Part shown: positions 35,887 to 45,723 of the stretch, one piece after another
Layout: every line of letters begins with the position of its first letter
How positions within the stretch are numbered: position 1 is the stretch's first letter
Notes under the pieces: model-generated
Database searches by the model: none
Seen by the model: only the letters and a program-made list of their open reading frames with translations
What the model was told of the DNA's origin: nothing
Made by a program: the position numbers and the translations under genes
Assembly: GCA_044229975.1 (NCBI GenBank)
Contig: JBGARZ010000026.1
Span: 32,001-96,000 of the forward strand
Reading direction: 5' to 3'
Length of the DNA stretch: 64,000 nt
Origin: Polyangiales bacterium
GTDB taxonomy: Bacteria; Myxococcota_A; Polyangia; Polyangiales; Ga0077539

Positions 35887-37677
35887 ATGACCTCCGCGAA
35901 CTACATGGCCGACGTCTTCCACCGCCACGGGGTGGTGACCCCCGAGCGGCTGGCCGAGGCGATGGCCCAGGTCGAGCGCGAGCGCAGCGGAACGCTCCTC
36001 GACGTGCTCTCGCGCAACGGCGTCGACGAGGCCCCGTTGAGCCGCTCGCTCGCCCTGGAGCTGGGCTTCGACTTCCTCGACCCGCTCCCGCGCACCGACC
36101 AGATGCCCGTCGCGCTGCTCCGCGAGTCGGGCTTCGACTTCGGCTTCGCGCGGCAGAAGCAGATGATCCCGGTGCGCGAAGAGCCCGACGGCAGGCTGCT
36201 CATCGCGCTCGGCAACCCCCTCGACACGGTCGGCATCGACGACCTGCGGATGGTGTTTCAGCGCGAGCTGGAGTCCGTCGCGGCGACGCCGAGCGCGGTG
36301 CTCGACGCCATCAACCGCGCGCAGGCGGAGATCAACCGCACCAACGAGCTCACGCACCAGGGCGCGCACGACGCGAGCGAGGAGCGCACCGACATCCTGG
36401 AGAGCGACGAGGACGCGCAGATCATCCGCTGGGTGAACTCGCTCTTCGTCGAGGCCGTGAAGGAGCGCGCCAGCGACATCCACATCCAGCCCGACGCCGG
36501 CCAGGTCGCCGTGCGCTACCGCATCGACGGGCGCCTCTACCAGATGCGCACCGCGCCGAAGAGCGTGCTGCCCTCCATCGTGGCCCGCGTGAAGATCATG
36601 TCGGGCCTCAACATCGCCGAGAAGCGGCTCCCGCAGGACGGGCGCATCGGCTTCAAGATCGGCGCGAAGGAGATCGACATCCGCGTGAGCAGCATCCCCA
36701 TCGGCCAGGGGGTGGGCGAGCGCATCGTGATGCGCATCCTGAACAAGGCCTCGGTGATGCTGGAGCTCACCGACCTGGGCTTCGCGCCCGACCGCCTGGA
36801 GCGCATGCACCAGCTCATCGACCTGCCCGAGGGGATCATCCTCGTGACCGGTCCGACGGGCTCGGGGAAGACCACGACGCTCTACGCGTGCCTCAACAAG
36901 ATCAACACCCCCGACGTGAACATCCTCACGGCGGAAGACCCCATCGAGTACGACATCACCGGGCTCTCGCAGATGCAGGTCAACCCGCGCATCGGGCTCA
37001 CCTTCGCGTCGTGCCTCCGCGCCTTCCTCCGGCAAGACCCGGACGTGGTCATGGTCGGTGAGATCCGCGACAAGGAGACGGCCGAGATCGCCGTGCACGC
37101 GTCGCTCACGGGCCACCTCGTGCTGTCGACGATCCACACCAACGACGCCGCCGGCGCGGTCACCCGCCTCGTCGAGATGGGCATCGAGAACTTCCACCTC
37201 ACGAGCTCGCTCAAGGCCATTCTCGCGCAGCGCCTCGTGCGCGTGCTGTGCCCGCTCTGCAAGGAGCCGTACACCCCGCGCGAGGTCGACCTCGCCCGCA
37301 TCGGCGTCGACGCCGAGCGCCTCGCGGCCAAGCTCGCCCGCCCGGAGACCCGCTACGGTCGCAGCGCGTTTGGCGGGTCGCCCGCGGCCAAGGTCGCGGC
37401 GCGCATCGCGGCCGGGGCGCCGGTGACCATCTACCGGGCGCGCGGCTGCGCGGCCTGCCAGAACACCGGCTACCAGGGCCGCACCGGCATCTACGAGCTG
37501 CTGCTGGTGAGCGACGCCGTGCGCCTGCTGGTGCTGAAGAACGTCGACTCCCCGACCATCCGCCGCGCGGCCATCGAGGAGGGCATGGACACGCTGCGCG
37601 ACGACGGGGTGCGCAAGGTCTTCGAGGGTCACACGACGCTCGAAGAGGTGCTCGCGGCCACGCAGGACGACGTCTAG
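35887..37677 (+). CDS. gspE: Type II secretion ATPase E
   Basis: ASDIHI, EKRLPQDGRI, GPTGSGKTTTLY, EDPIEY, LRQDPDVVMVGEIRD, CxxC...CxxC. Confidence 0.95.
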   Translation: MTSANYMADVFHRHGVVTPERLAEAMAQVERERSGTLLDVLSRNGVDEAPLSRSLALELGFDFLDPLPRTDQMPVALLRESGFDFGFARQKQMIPVREEPDGRLLIALGNPLDTVGIDDLRMVFQRELESVAATPSAVLDAINRAQAEINRTNELTHQGAHDASEERTDILESDEDAQIIRWVNSLFVEAVKERASDIHIQPDAGQVAVRYRIDGRLYQMRTAPKSVLPSIVARVKIMSGLNIAEKRLPQDGRIGFKIGAKEIDIRVSSIPIGQGVGERIVMRILNKASVMLELTDLGFAPDRLERMHQLIDLPEGIILVTGPTGSGKTTTLYACLNKINTPDVNILTAEDPIEYDITGLSQMQVNPRIGLTFASCLRAFLRQDPDVVMVGEIRDKETAEIAVHASLTGHLVLSTIHTNDAAGAVTRLVEMGIENFHLTSSLKAILAQRLVRVLCPLCKEPYTPREVDLARIGVDAERLAAKLARPETRYGRSAFGGSPAAKVAARIAAGAPVTIYRARGCAACQNTGYQGRTGIYELLLVSDAVRLLVLKNVDSPTIRRAAIEEGMDTLRDDGVRKVFEGHTTLEEVLAATQDDV

Positions 37678-37684
37678 GTCGACG

Positions 37685-38974
37685 ATGGCGCACTTCGCAT
37701 ACACGGGCGTCGACGCGAAGGGGAAGACGGTCCGCGGGACGGTCGACGCCGACGACGTGAAGGGCGTCCGGCAGGCGCTGCGGCGGCAGGGGATCTTCCT
37801 CGACGAGGCCACGCCGCTCGCGGAGGCGAAGGCCGCCGAAGCGCGCATGAAGGCCGCGGCGGGCACGGTGGCCCAGGTCGGGCTCGCCGTCTCGGCGCCG
37901 GGCTTGTACAGGTTCTTCAATCGGGTCCGGCGCATCGTGTCCAACCCGGGGCAGGCGGTGGCGCTCTCGACGCGGCAGCTCGCCACGCTGGTGAAGGCGG
38001 GCATCCCGCTGGTGGAGTCGCTCACGGCGCTCATCGAGCAGCTCGAAAACGAGGAGCTGCGCGAGGCGTACACCGACGTGCGCGACCGGGTGAACGAGGG
38101 CACCGGCTTCGCGACGGCGCTGGCCCAGCACCCGCGGATGTTTCCCGGGCTCTACATCTCGATGGTGGCCGCGGGCGAGGCGTCGGGGACGCTCGAAGCG
38201 GTGCTCCTGCGCCTCGCGGACTTCATGGAGAGCCAGGTCAAGCTCAAGGGCAAGATCGTGGGCGCGCTCGCGTACCCGGCGTTCATGGCGCTCATGGGCA
38301 TCGGCATCGTCGGGATGATGATGGTGGTGGTGGTCCCGAAGGTGAGCGCCATCTTCGACGACTTCCGGCAGGCGCTGCCCTGGTACACGGCGCTGCTCAT
38401 CGGCGTGTCCAACTTCGTGGCGCGCTTCTGGTGGCTGGTGATCCTCCTCGGCGGGCTCGCGGGGTACCTCTTCTCGCGCTGGCAGAAGACCCCGGAGGGG
38501 GCGTTTCGCTGGGACGCCTTCCGGCTGCGGGTGCCGGTGTTTGGCGAGCTCACGCGCATGGTCGCCATCTCGCGCTTCACCCGCACCCTCGCCACGCTGC
38601 TCGCCTCGGGCGTGCCGCTCCTCAAGGCGATGGACATCGTCAAGAACGTCATGGAAAACCGCGTTCTCGAAGCGGTGATCACCGAGGCGACGGTGTCCAT
38701 CAAGGAGGGCGAGAGCATCGCCGAGCCGCTCAAGCGCTCGGGGAGATTCCCCCCGATGGTCACGCAGATGATCACCGTGGGCGAGCGCAGCGGCGAGCTG
38801 GAGTCGATGCTCGAAGCCATCGCGGGCTCGTACGACAGCGCCATCGACGCGCGCGTCGCGGTGCTCACCTCGCTGCTCGAACCCGTGATGATCCTGGTGA
38901 TGGGGTCGACGTCCGGTGGCATCGCGTTCGCGATCCTGATGCCGCTGCTCCAGCTCAACGAGTTCGCCAATTGA
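37685..38974 (+). CDS. gspF: Type II secretion inner-membrane protein F
   Basis: TRQLATLVKAGIPL, GEASGTL, ALAYP, GERSGEL, LLEP. Confidence 0.95.
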   Translation: MAHFAYTGVDAKGKTVRGTVDADDVKGVRQALRRQGIFLDEATPLAEAKAAEARMKAAAGTVAQVGLAVSAPGLYRFFNRVRRIVSNPGQAVALSTRQLATLVKAGIPLVESLTALIEQLENEELREAYTDVRDRVNEGTGFATALAQHPRMFPGLYISMVAAGEASGTLEAVLLRLADFMESQVKLKGKIVGALAYPAFMALMGIGIVGMMMVVVVPKVSAIFDDFRQALPWYTALLIGVSNFVARFWWLVILLGGLAGYLFSRWQKTPEGAFRWDAFRLRVPVFGELTRMVAISRFTRTLATLLASGVPLLKAMDIVKNVMENRVLEAVITEATVSIKEGESIAEPLKRSGRFPPMVTQMITVGERSGELESMLEAIAGSYDSAIDARVAVLTSLLEPVMILVMGSTSGGIAFAILMPLLQLNEFAN

Positions 38975-38997
38975 GCCAGCGGCGCCGACCCGAGAGC

Positions 38998-39402
38998 GTG
39001 GTGGAGTTCACCTGGGAGCGGCGCAACCGCTGGTGGTCGTGGCTGTCCATGCGCCACGCGCGGGCGCTCGTCGGCGGGGCCGTTGCGGTGAGCGCGGTGC
39101 TGCTCGCGGTGTCCGTCAACGCCCACACCCGGCGGGTGCACGCGACGCGCGCCTCGATCGTGTCGGTGCAGCGCGCGACCGAGGCCTTCCGCGCCGACCA
39201 CGGGCGCTGCCCGAGCGGCGTCGCCGAGCTGGTGCACCCGCCCGAAGGGTCGCGCGGGGCGCGGCGCTACCTCGCCCGGGCGCGCGTCGACGCGTGGGGC
39301 AGAGACTTTCTCTACACATGTCCGGGGGGGAAGTTCCCAGCCTCGGCCGACGTTGTTTCGGGCGGGCCGGAAGGTTCCTTCGGGCTCGATCGCGTCGAAT
39401 GA
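38998..39402 (+). CDS. GspG-like pseudopilin lacking a prepilin cleavage motif
   Basis: FRADHGRCP, YL...DAWGRDFLY, DVVSGGPEG resemble the GspG head; no G|FTLxE. Start uncertain. Confidence 0.7.
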   Translation: MVEFTWERRNRWWSWLSMRHARALVGGAVAVSAVLLAVSVNAHTRRVHATRASIVSVQRATEAFRADHGRCPSGVAELVHPPEGSRGARRYLARARVDAWGRDFLYTCPGGKFPASADVVSGGPEGSFGLDRVE

Positions 39403-39434
39403 TCCACACCACCCACAGCCAAGGAGCCATCGGG

Positions 39435-39860
39435 ATGAACACCCTGCGACGTCAGCTCTCTCTCGCCCTGCGCGCCCTCGCGCGCCCGGCGCCCCGCCGC
39501 CGCATGCGCGGCATGACCCTCGTCGAGATCATGATCGTGGTCGTGATCATGGGGCTCATCGCGAGCGCCGTGGGCCTCGCGGTCTTCGACCAGGCCAAGA
39601 AGGCCAAGAAGGACACGGCGGGCCAGGAGGTTCGCACCATGGAGCACGCCATCGAGCTGTGGCGGCAGGATCATCCCCAGGGATGTCCCAACGTCGAGCG
39701 CCTGGTCTCCGACGGCGTGCTCAACCGCCGCCAGCGCACCAAGGACCCGTGGGACAACGAGTACATGATCTCGTGCGAGGGCGGCGAGGCCAACGTGCAC
39801 TCCAAGGGCCCCGACGGCATCGACGGCAACGAGGACGACGTCCCGCAGCGCCGCAACTAG
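39435..39860 (+). CDS. gspG: Major pseudopilin G
   Basis: AAGGAG RBS; RG|MTLVEIMIVVVI, KDPWDNEY, SKGPDGIDGNEDD. Confidence 0.9.
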   Translation: MNTLRRQLSLALRALARPAPRRRMRGMTLVEIMIVVVIMGLIASAVGLAVFDQAKKAKKDTAGQEVRTMEHAIELWRQDHPQGCPNVERLVSDGVLNRRQRTKDPWDNEYMISCEGGEANVHSKGPDGIDGNEDDVPQRRN

Positions 39861-39865
39861 ACCCA

Positions 39866-40615
39866 ATGCCGTGTGAGCCCGCCGACGCAGCGTCTCCTCC
39901 GCGCCCCTCGACGGGTGCGCCGGCGCGCTCGCGCGGGTTCACGCTCCTCGAGATCATGATCGTGGTGCTGCTCGCGGGGCTCATGGCGTCGAGCGCGGTG
40001 GTGGGCTTCGGCGCCACCCGCCGCGGTCGCCTGCGGGCGGGCGCCGCGAGGGTCGCCGCGGCGATGCGCTTCGCCTACGTGCACGCGCTCACCACGGGCC
40101 GGGCGACGCGCCTCGTGATCTCCCTCGGCGACAACAAGATCTGGCTGGAGGACACCGAGGACGCGCACGTGCTCGACCCCAACGACCCGCTGCGCGCGGG
40201 CGGGGCGGTCATCGACGCGGCGCAGGTGGAGGAGCTCGCGCGGCGCGAGGCGGCGGCCATCAACGAGATGCGTCCGCGGGCGCCGCGGGCGGAGTTCGCG
40301 CGGCCGGCGGGCAACCGCTACCGGGTGCGCGAGCTGGAGGGCGTGGTGTTCTCGCGGCTGTACACGTCGCACGACGCCGAGCCGAGGGTGCGCGGCGACG
40401 GGTACGTGTTCTTCTTCACGGGCGGGGCGGCCGAGCCCGCGGTGGTGCACCTCCAGGGCGGCAACGACGAGACGTACTCCGTGATGCTGCACGGCGCGTC
40501 GGGTCGGCCGGAGATCTTCGACCACGCCATCGAGCTTCCTTCCATCGACGAAAACGCCAGCGACGAGCGCGACACCGACCTGCGCGACCAGACCATCCAC
40601 GAGGCGGCGCCGTGA
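39866..40615 (+). CDS. gspH: Minor pseudopilin H
   Basis: RG|FTLLEIMIVV; position after gspG. Confidence 0.8.
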   Translation: MPCEPADAASPPRPSTGAPARSRGFTLLEIMIVVLLAGLMASSAVVGFGATRRGRLRAGAARVAAAMRFAYVHALTTGRATRLVISLGDNKIWLEDTEDAHVLDPNDPLRAGGAVIDAAQVEELARREAAAINEMRPRAPRAEFARPAGNRYRVRELEGVVFSRLYTSHDAEPRVRGDGYVFFFTGGAAEPAVVHLQGGNDETYSVMLHGASGRPEIFDHAIELPSIDENASDERDTDLRDQTIHEAAP

Positions 40616-41445
40616 GCAAGCGCGGACAGGCTGGCTTCACGCTCATCGAGGTGATGTTCGCCATCGCGATCCTGGCGATGGCGATGACGGTGGTGTTCAG
40701 CTCCAACATCATCGCGGCGCGCAGCACCATGCACTCGCGCGAGCTCACCCGCGCGACGCTGATGGCGCGCTGCCGGCTCACCGAGGTCGAGGCGTACCTC
40801 GTCCGCAACCAGCTCCCGCCCACCGACCAGACGCTCGAAGACCCGGCGCAGACGGGCGAAGAGCCCTGCTGCACCGACGGCGTCGTCTGCGAGGCCAAGG
40901 TCGAGCGCATCGAGCTCCCCAACCCCGCGACGGTCGAGACCGCGGCGGGCAACCAGATGCTCGGTCAGGCCGCGGGCGCAGCAGCGGCGGCGGGATCATC
41001 TTTCGGCGGAGCGACCGGCGTGCGCTCGTCGGGCGACGGCGGCACACCCCTCGGTGCGCTCGCGGGTGCGATGAGCATGATGGGCGGCGCGACCGGCGGC
41101 TCCAGCGGTGGCAGCGGGTCGAGCCTCGCGGGCGCGGGCGCCCCCTCCCCCCGCGACATGGCCGGAACGCTCCTCACCACGGTGTACCCCTCGGTGAAGC
41201 CGCTGCTGGAGGGCGCCATCCGTCGGCTCACCATCACGGTGCGGTGGCACGAGGGCGAGCGCGAGCACTCCTTCGACGTGGTGGAGTACGTCACCAACCC
41301 CGGTCAGACGTTGCCGAGCAACGAGCTCCTCAACCAGTTGCAGGGCGGCGCCGCCGGGCAGACCACGCCGGGCCAGACGACGACGCCGACCAACCAGACC
41401 GGGACGGGAACGGCCGCGCCGAGCCTGCTGGGGTTGCCGCGATGA
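40612..41445 (+). CDS. gspI: Minor pseudopilin I
   Basis: AG|FTLIEVMFAIAIL, IRRLTITVRW; GTGA overlap. Confidence 0.8.
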   Translation: MSKRGQAGFTLIEVMFAIAILAMAMTVVFSSNIIAARSTMHSRELTRATLMARCRLTEVEAYLVRNQLPPTDQTLEDPAQTGEEPCCTDGVVCEAKVERIELPNPATVETAAGNQMLGQAAGAAAAAGSSFGGATGVRSSGDGGTPLGALAGAMSMMGGATGGSSGGSGSSLAGAGAPSPRDMAGTLLTTVYPSVKPLLEGAIRRLTITVRWHEGEREHSFDVVEYVTNPGQTLPSNELLNQLQGGAAGQTTPGQTTTPTNQTGTGTAAPSLLGLPR

Positions 41446-42143
41446 AGCGATCGCGCGCACGGCGAGGGCTCACGCTGCTGGAGGTGCTCATCGCGTCGGC
41501 CATCCTCATCATGGTGTCGACGATGATCTGGGCGTCCTTCGACCAGACCTCGCGGCTGCGCGCGCGCATCGGGTACCGCCAGGAAAACGACTACCTCATG
41601 CGCACGGCCATGGGGCGCATCACGCGCGACCTGCGCGGCGCGTACCTCTCGCTGCACGTCAACCAGACGCAGACCCTGCTCGCGGCGACGACGCAGTTCA
41701 TGGGGCGCGGCGGTGGTTCGGGCGGCTCGGCGCTCGACATGGCGACGTTTACCCACCGTCGGCTGCGCCGCGGGAGCCACGAGGGCGACGCCTGCGAGGT
41801 GGGCTACAGCCTCGGCGAGCGCCGCGGCTCCAACGGGCGGGGCTTCGACCTCCTGCGTCGCGAGCAGGCGCGCATCGACACCGACCCGCAGCACGGCGGC
41901 ATCATCGACGTGCTGGTGCCGGGCGTTCGTCGCTTCGAGCTCAAGTACTACGACGCCACGAGCCAGCAGTGGGTCGACCAGTGGGACACCACGCAGGCCG
42001 CCGGGCAGCCCGGACGCCTTCCGGCGGTGGTGCGGGTGCTCATCGCCATCGAGGAGGGCGAGCGCATGCAGGAGCGCGTCTACAGCACCGAGACGCCGCT
42101 CATCATGACCCGCGTGCTCACCTTCGGATTGCCCATCTACTGA
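41442..42143 (+). CDS. gspJ: Minor pseudopilin J
   Basis: RG|LTLLEVLIA, ITRDLRGA, WVDQWD, LPAVVRV; ATGA overlap. Confidence 0.85.
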   Translation: MKRSRARRGLTLLEVLIASAILIMVSTMIWASFDQTSRLRARIGYRQENDYLMRTAMGRITRDLRGAYLSLHVNQTQTLLAATTQFMGRGGGSGGSALDMATFTHRRLRRGSHEGDACEVGYSLGERRGSNGRGFDLLRREQARIDTDPQHGGIIDVLVPGVRRFELKYYDATSQQWVDQWDTTQAAGQPGRLPAVVRVLIAIEEGERMQERVYSTETPLIMTRVLTFGLPIY

Positions 42144-43561
42144 TGACCCCCGAGACCGCCACCCCGAAGCCTCCGCGGAAGCTGCGCCCCAAGCGTCGGC
42201 GCGGCGCGGTCGCGTCGCGGGGCAAGCCCGGCGTGGCGCTCATCATGGTGCTGGCGGCCATCTCGTTGATGTTCGTGCTGGCCGAGCAGACCCGCGACGA
42301 GGTGGAGGTCTACGCGCTGTCGGCGGGCGTCGCGCGCGACCAGCTCATCGCCGAGGCGCAGGCCCGCAGCGCGGTCAACCTCGCGCGGGTGGTGCTCAAC
42401 GCCGAGCCCGTCATCCGCCGCATCATCGCGCCCATCCTGACGCCGCTCATGGCCATGATGGGCCGCGGCCTCGCGGCGCCGCCGCAGATCCCGGTGTGGG
42501 AGCAGGCCGACCTCATCATCGGACCGTTTCGCTCGCAGGAGGGTGCTTCGGCGCTGGGTGATCTCGCGCGGGTGAGCTTCGACACGGCGAAGAACCTCGG
42601 CGGACTCACGGGGCTCGCGCCGGTGGTCATCATCGACGAGGACTCGCGCATCAACGTCAACAGCGCGGTGCGCTCGTCGGTGGCGCAGATCCTCCTGGCG
42701 CGGCAGCTCTCGGGCCTCGTGGTGAACCCCGCGCTCAACGGGTTCTTCGAGCAGCGCGACCCCGACGGGCAGTTCACCGACCGCCCGACGCTGCTCTCCA
42801 ACGTCATCGACTACATCGACTTCGACGAGACGGCCTTCGACGCGCAGACGCTGCTCTCCAACAACGGCGGCGTCGCGTCGAGCGCGCCGGAGGACAGCTT
42901 CTACCAGCGGCTGCGCCCGGTCGGTCGGCGCCGCAACGCGCCGCTCGACAGCATCAACGAGCTGAGGATGATTCGCGGCTTCGGCGACGACGACCTCTGG
43001 CACTCGGTGGTCGACCCCGACCCCGGAAACCCCCGGCGGCGCACCATCACGGTGTGGGGTCAGGGGTCGGTCAACGTGAACACCGCCAACGCCCAGACGC
43101 TGCTCGCGCTGGTGTGTGCGTACTCGCCCGACGCGCCGCAGTGCACCGACCCGTCGCAGGCGTCGGTGTTCATCACGACCATCACCATGGTGCAGGGGCT
43201 CACGCTCTCCATGGGCATTCCGCTCTTCACGTCGGCGTCGAACTTCGTCGCCACGGTGCAGGGTCGGCCGCCGCTCGGGCCGATGCTCACGCAGCTCGGG
43301 ATGCAGCCCTTCGTGGTGCGCGACGCCGCGGGGCTGGAGCGCTCGGTCACCGTGGAGAGCAAGGTGTTCTCGGTGTACGGCGAGGCCGAGGTGGGCGCGG
43401 CGCACGTGCGGGTGCACGCGGTGATCGACATGCGACCGCAGCCCGAGCTGCCGTCGACCTTCATGCGGGCGGCCGGAATGAACATCGCAACGACGGCCTC
43501 CGGCGGCCTCGGAGTGACGTCCGCGCAGGGCGGCACCGTGATCTACTGGCGGGAAGACTGA
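42143..43561 (+). CDS. gspK: Minor pseudopilin K
   Basis: PG|VALIMVL, DEDSRINVN, NAPLDSINELRMIRGF, VNVNTA. Confidence 0.88.
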   Translation: MTPETATPKPPRKLRPKRRRGAVASRGKPGVALIMVLAAISLMFVLAEQTRDEVEVYALSAGVARDQLIAEAQARSAVNLARVVLNAEPVIRRIIAPILTPLMAMMGRGLAAPPQIPVWEQADLIIGPFRSQEGASALGDLARVSFDTAKNLGGLTGLAPVVIIDEDSRINVNSAVRSSVAQILLARQLSGLVVNPALNGFFEQRDPDGQFTDRPTLLSNVIDYIDFDETAFDAQTLLSNNGGVASSAPEDSFYQRLRPVGRRRNAPLDSINELRMIRGFGDDDLWHSVVDPDPGNPRRRTITVWGQGSVNVNTANAQTLLALVCAYSPDAPQCTDPSQASVFITTITMVQGLTLSMGIPLFTSASNFVATVQGRPPLGPMLTQLGMQPFVVRDAAGLERSVTVESKVFSVYGEAEVGAAHVRVHAVIDMRPQPELPSTFMRAAGMNIATTASGGLGVTSAQGGTVIYWRED

Positions 43562-43568
43562 GGACGGG

Positions 43569-45104
43569 ATGGCGCGCTACCTGGGCATCGAGGTGACGGA
43601 GACGCAGCTGAAGGGCGCGGTGTTGAAGACCGCGTACAAGAAGCTGGTGGTGGAGGGCGCGTTCGCGGTCAACCGACCGCCGGGCCCGGAGGGTCTCACC
43701 CACGCGACGCGCGACCTCGCGTCGCTGGTGCAGGGGCTCCTCGCGAGCACGTCGCCGGGCGCGAAGCCCGCCGAGCTCGACGGCATCTACGCGGCGCTGC
43801 CGGGGCACGAGGCGTCGGTGCGCGCCATCGAGCTGCCGCGCGTGGTGTGGAAGCGCGGCGAGAAGGCGCTGCTGGCCGAGCTCGAAGGCGCGGTGCCCTT
43901 CGACGTCGACGACGCCGTCATCGACGCGCAGATCACGGCGCCGGGCGACCCGGTTCCGCTGCTGGCGGTGGCGGCGATTCGCGAGCGGGTGAGGTCGCAC
44001 CTCGACGCGATGATCCTCGGGGGTCTCGAGCCGCGTGAGCTCGGCGTGGCGCCGATGGCGCTGGGCGAGCTGGCGGCGGAGATCCCCGAGCTGGCGGCCG
44101 CGGGCCCGGTGTTGTTGGTCTACGCGCAGGACGCGCGGGCCGAGGTGGTGGTGCTGAAGGCCGGCGTGACGGTGTTTGCGCGCACGGTGACGGGGCTCAC
44201 GACACCGGCCGCGAGGGCGCGCGGGATGCGGCAGAGCGTCGGCGCGTGGGTGGCGACGGGCGGCGGTCCGATCGAGTGCGCGTACCTCTGCGGCATGGAC
44301 GCGACCTGGGTGCAGGAGCCCGTGCTGGAGGCCACGCGGCTGCCGCCCGAGAAGGTGATGCCCATGCCGAGCGGGGCCATCCAGCTCGGCGCGTCGGCGG
44401 GGCAGACGGCGCTCTGGGAGTCGCCGGTGGCGGTGGCGCTCGCGGCGCGGGGCCTCGGGCGCTTCAAGCGCATCGACCTGCGCAAGGGAACCTTCGCGGT
44501 GTCGGGCGGCGCCCAGGTGCTGCGCGAGCGCGCGCCGTACCTGGTGGCGGCGGCGATGGCGATGGTGGCGTTCTGGGGTGTGGCGAGCTGGGCGCGGTAC
44601 CAGGGGCTCGCGGCCGAGCGCACGCGGTTGCAGGCCACGCTGCGGACGGTGACGCAGGAGGTGTACGGCGAAGCCATCGACGACCCCGAGCTGGCGATGA
44701 GCCGGGCTCGCGGCACCGGGCGCAACGACGACGTCGACCCGCTGCCCGCGGCGGACGCGTACGACGTGCTGGGGGTCATCTCGACGCGCATCAACGACAC
44801 GGTGAGGCACGACGTCGAACAGCTCGACATCCGCAACGAGCACGTGCAGATGCAGGGCGTGGTGAACACCCTGGCCGACCGCGACAAGGTGGTGGAGTGG
44901 CTCGGGCAGTACCCGTGCTTCCCCGAGCTGCGGCCCGGGGTCGTGACCACCACGCCGGGCGACAACCGGCAGAAGTACACGTTGGACATCGAGTTCCGGT
45001 GCCCGGGGTCGGCGGCCGAGCAGGCGCGCACCGGGACGACCACCGGGACCACGCGGGCTCCGGGCAGCTCGACGCAAGGAGGCCAGAGTGGCGGCGGCGC
45101 TTAG
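43569..45104 (+). CDS. gspL: Type II secretion protein L (actin-like cytoplasmic domain, TM, periplasmic domain)
   Basis: YLGIEV N-terminus, ELEGAVPFDVDDAVID, IDLRKG before the TM; operon position. Confidence 0.8.
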   Translation: MARYLGIEVTETQLKGAVLKTAYKKLVVEGAFAVNRPPGPEGLTHATRDLASLVQGLLASTSPGAKPAELDGIYAALPGHEASVRAIELPRVVWKRGEKALLAELEGAVPFDVDDAVIDAQITAPGDPVPLLAVAAIRERVRSHLDAMILGGLEPRELGVAPMALGELAAEIPELAAAGPVLLVYAQDARAEVVVLKAGVTVFARTVTGLTTPAARARGMRQSVGAWVATGGGPIECAYLCGMDATWVQEPVLEATRLPPEKVMPMPSGAIQLGASAGQTALWESPVAVALAARGLGRFKRIDLRKGTFAVSGGAQVLRERAPYLVAAAMAMVAFWGVASWARYQGLAAERTRLQATLRTVTQEVYGEAIDDPELAMSRARGTGRNDDVDPLPAADAYDVLGVISTRINDTVRHDVEQLDIRNEHVQMQGVVNTLADRDKVVEWLGQYPCFPELRPGVVTTTPGDNRQKYTLDIEFRCPGSAAEQARTGTTTGTTRAPGSSTQGGQSGGGA

Positions 45105-45723
45105 TACGGTACGGGGCGCGTTCGCGGGGCTGTCGCCGCGCGAGAAGCGGCTGCTCATCGCCCTCGCGGCGGTGTTCGCGACGCTGCTCTTCATGGGCTT
45201 CTGGGTGTTTACGAAGCGTCGGCTCGACGCGATCGACACCGAGCGCGCGGACATGGTCGAGGCGCTGCGGGTCATCCAGCGGTCGCGTCCGCGCATCGCC
45301 GCGCGCAACCAGCAGCGCGACGCGCTCATCGCGCGCTACCGCACCAAGGCCCCGCCCCTCACGAGCTACGTCGAGGAGCAGGCGCACGCGGCCAACGTGC
45401 AGGTGGTCGAGGCGCGCGACCGTCCCAACACCCCGAGCGGCGTGCACTTCACGCAGCGCAGCGTCTCGATCCGTCTACGGCAGGTGAGCCTGGAGGCCAT
45501 CGCGGACTTCTTCGAGCGCATCGAGGCCGCGAGCTTCCCCATCGCCATCACGTCGGTGCGCATCCGTCGGCGCTTCGGCGAGGCCAACAAGTACGACGTC
45601 GACGACCTCGTGATCACCACCTACGACCGCAACACCCAGGCCCGGGTCAACGCCCTGACCGCCGGCTCCGGCAACACCCCCGCGGGCACCACGGGCGCGG
45701 CCCGACGCGAGGCGCCGCGATGA
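45088..45723 (+). CDS. gspM: Type II secretion protein M
   Basis: LSPREKRLL followed by TM; ferredoxin-like C-terminal pattern. Confidence 0.8.
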   Translation: MAAALSTVRGAFAGLSPREKRLLIALAAVFATLLFMGFWVFTKRRLDAIDTERADMVEALRVIQRSRPRIAARNQQRDALIARYRTKAPPLTSYVEEQAHAANVQVVEARDRPNTPSGVHFTQRSVSIRLRQVSLEAIADFFERIEAASFPIAITSVRIRRRFGEANKYDVDDLVITTYDRNTQARVNALTAGSGNTPAGTTGAARREAPR

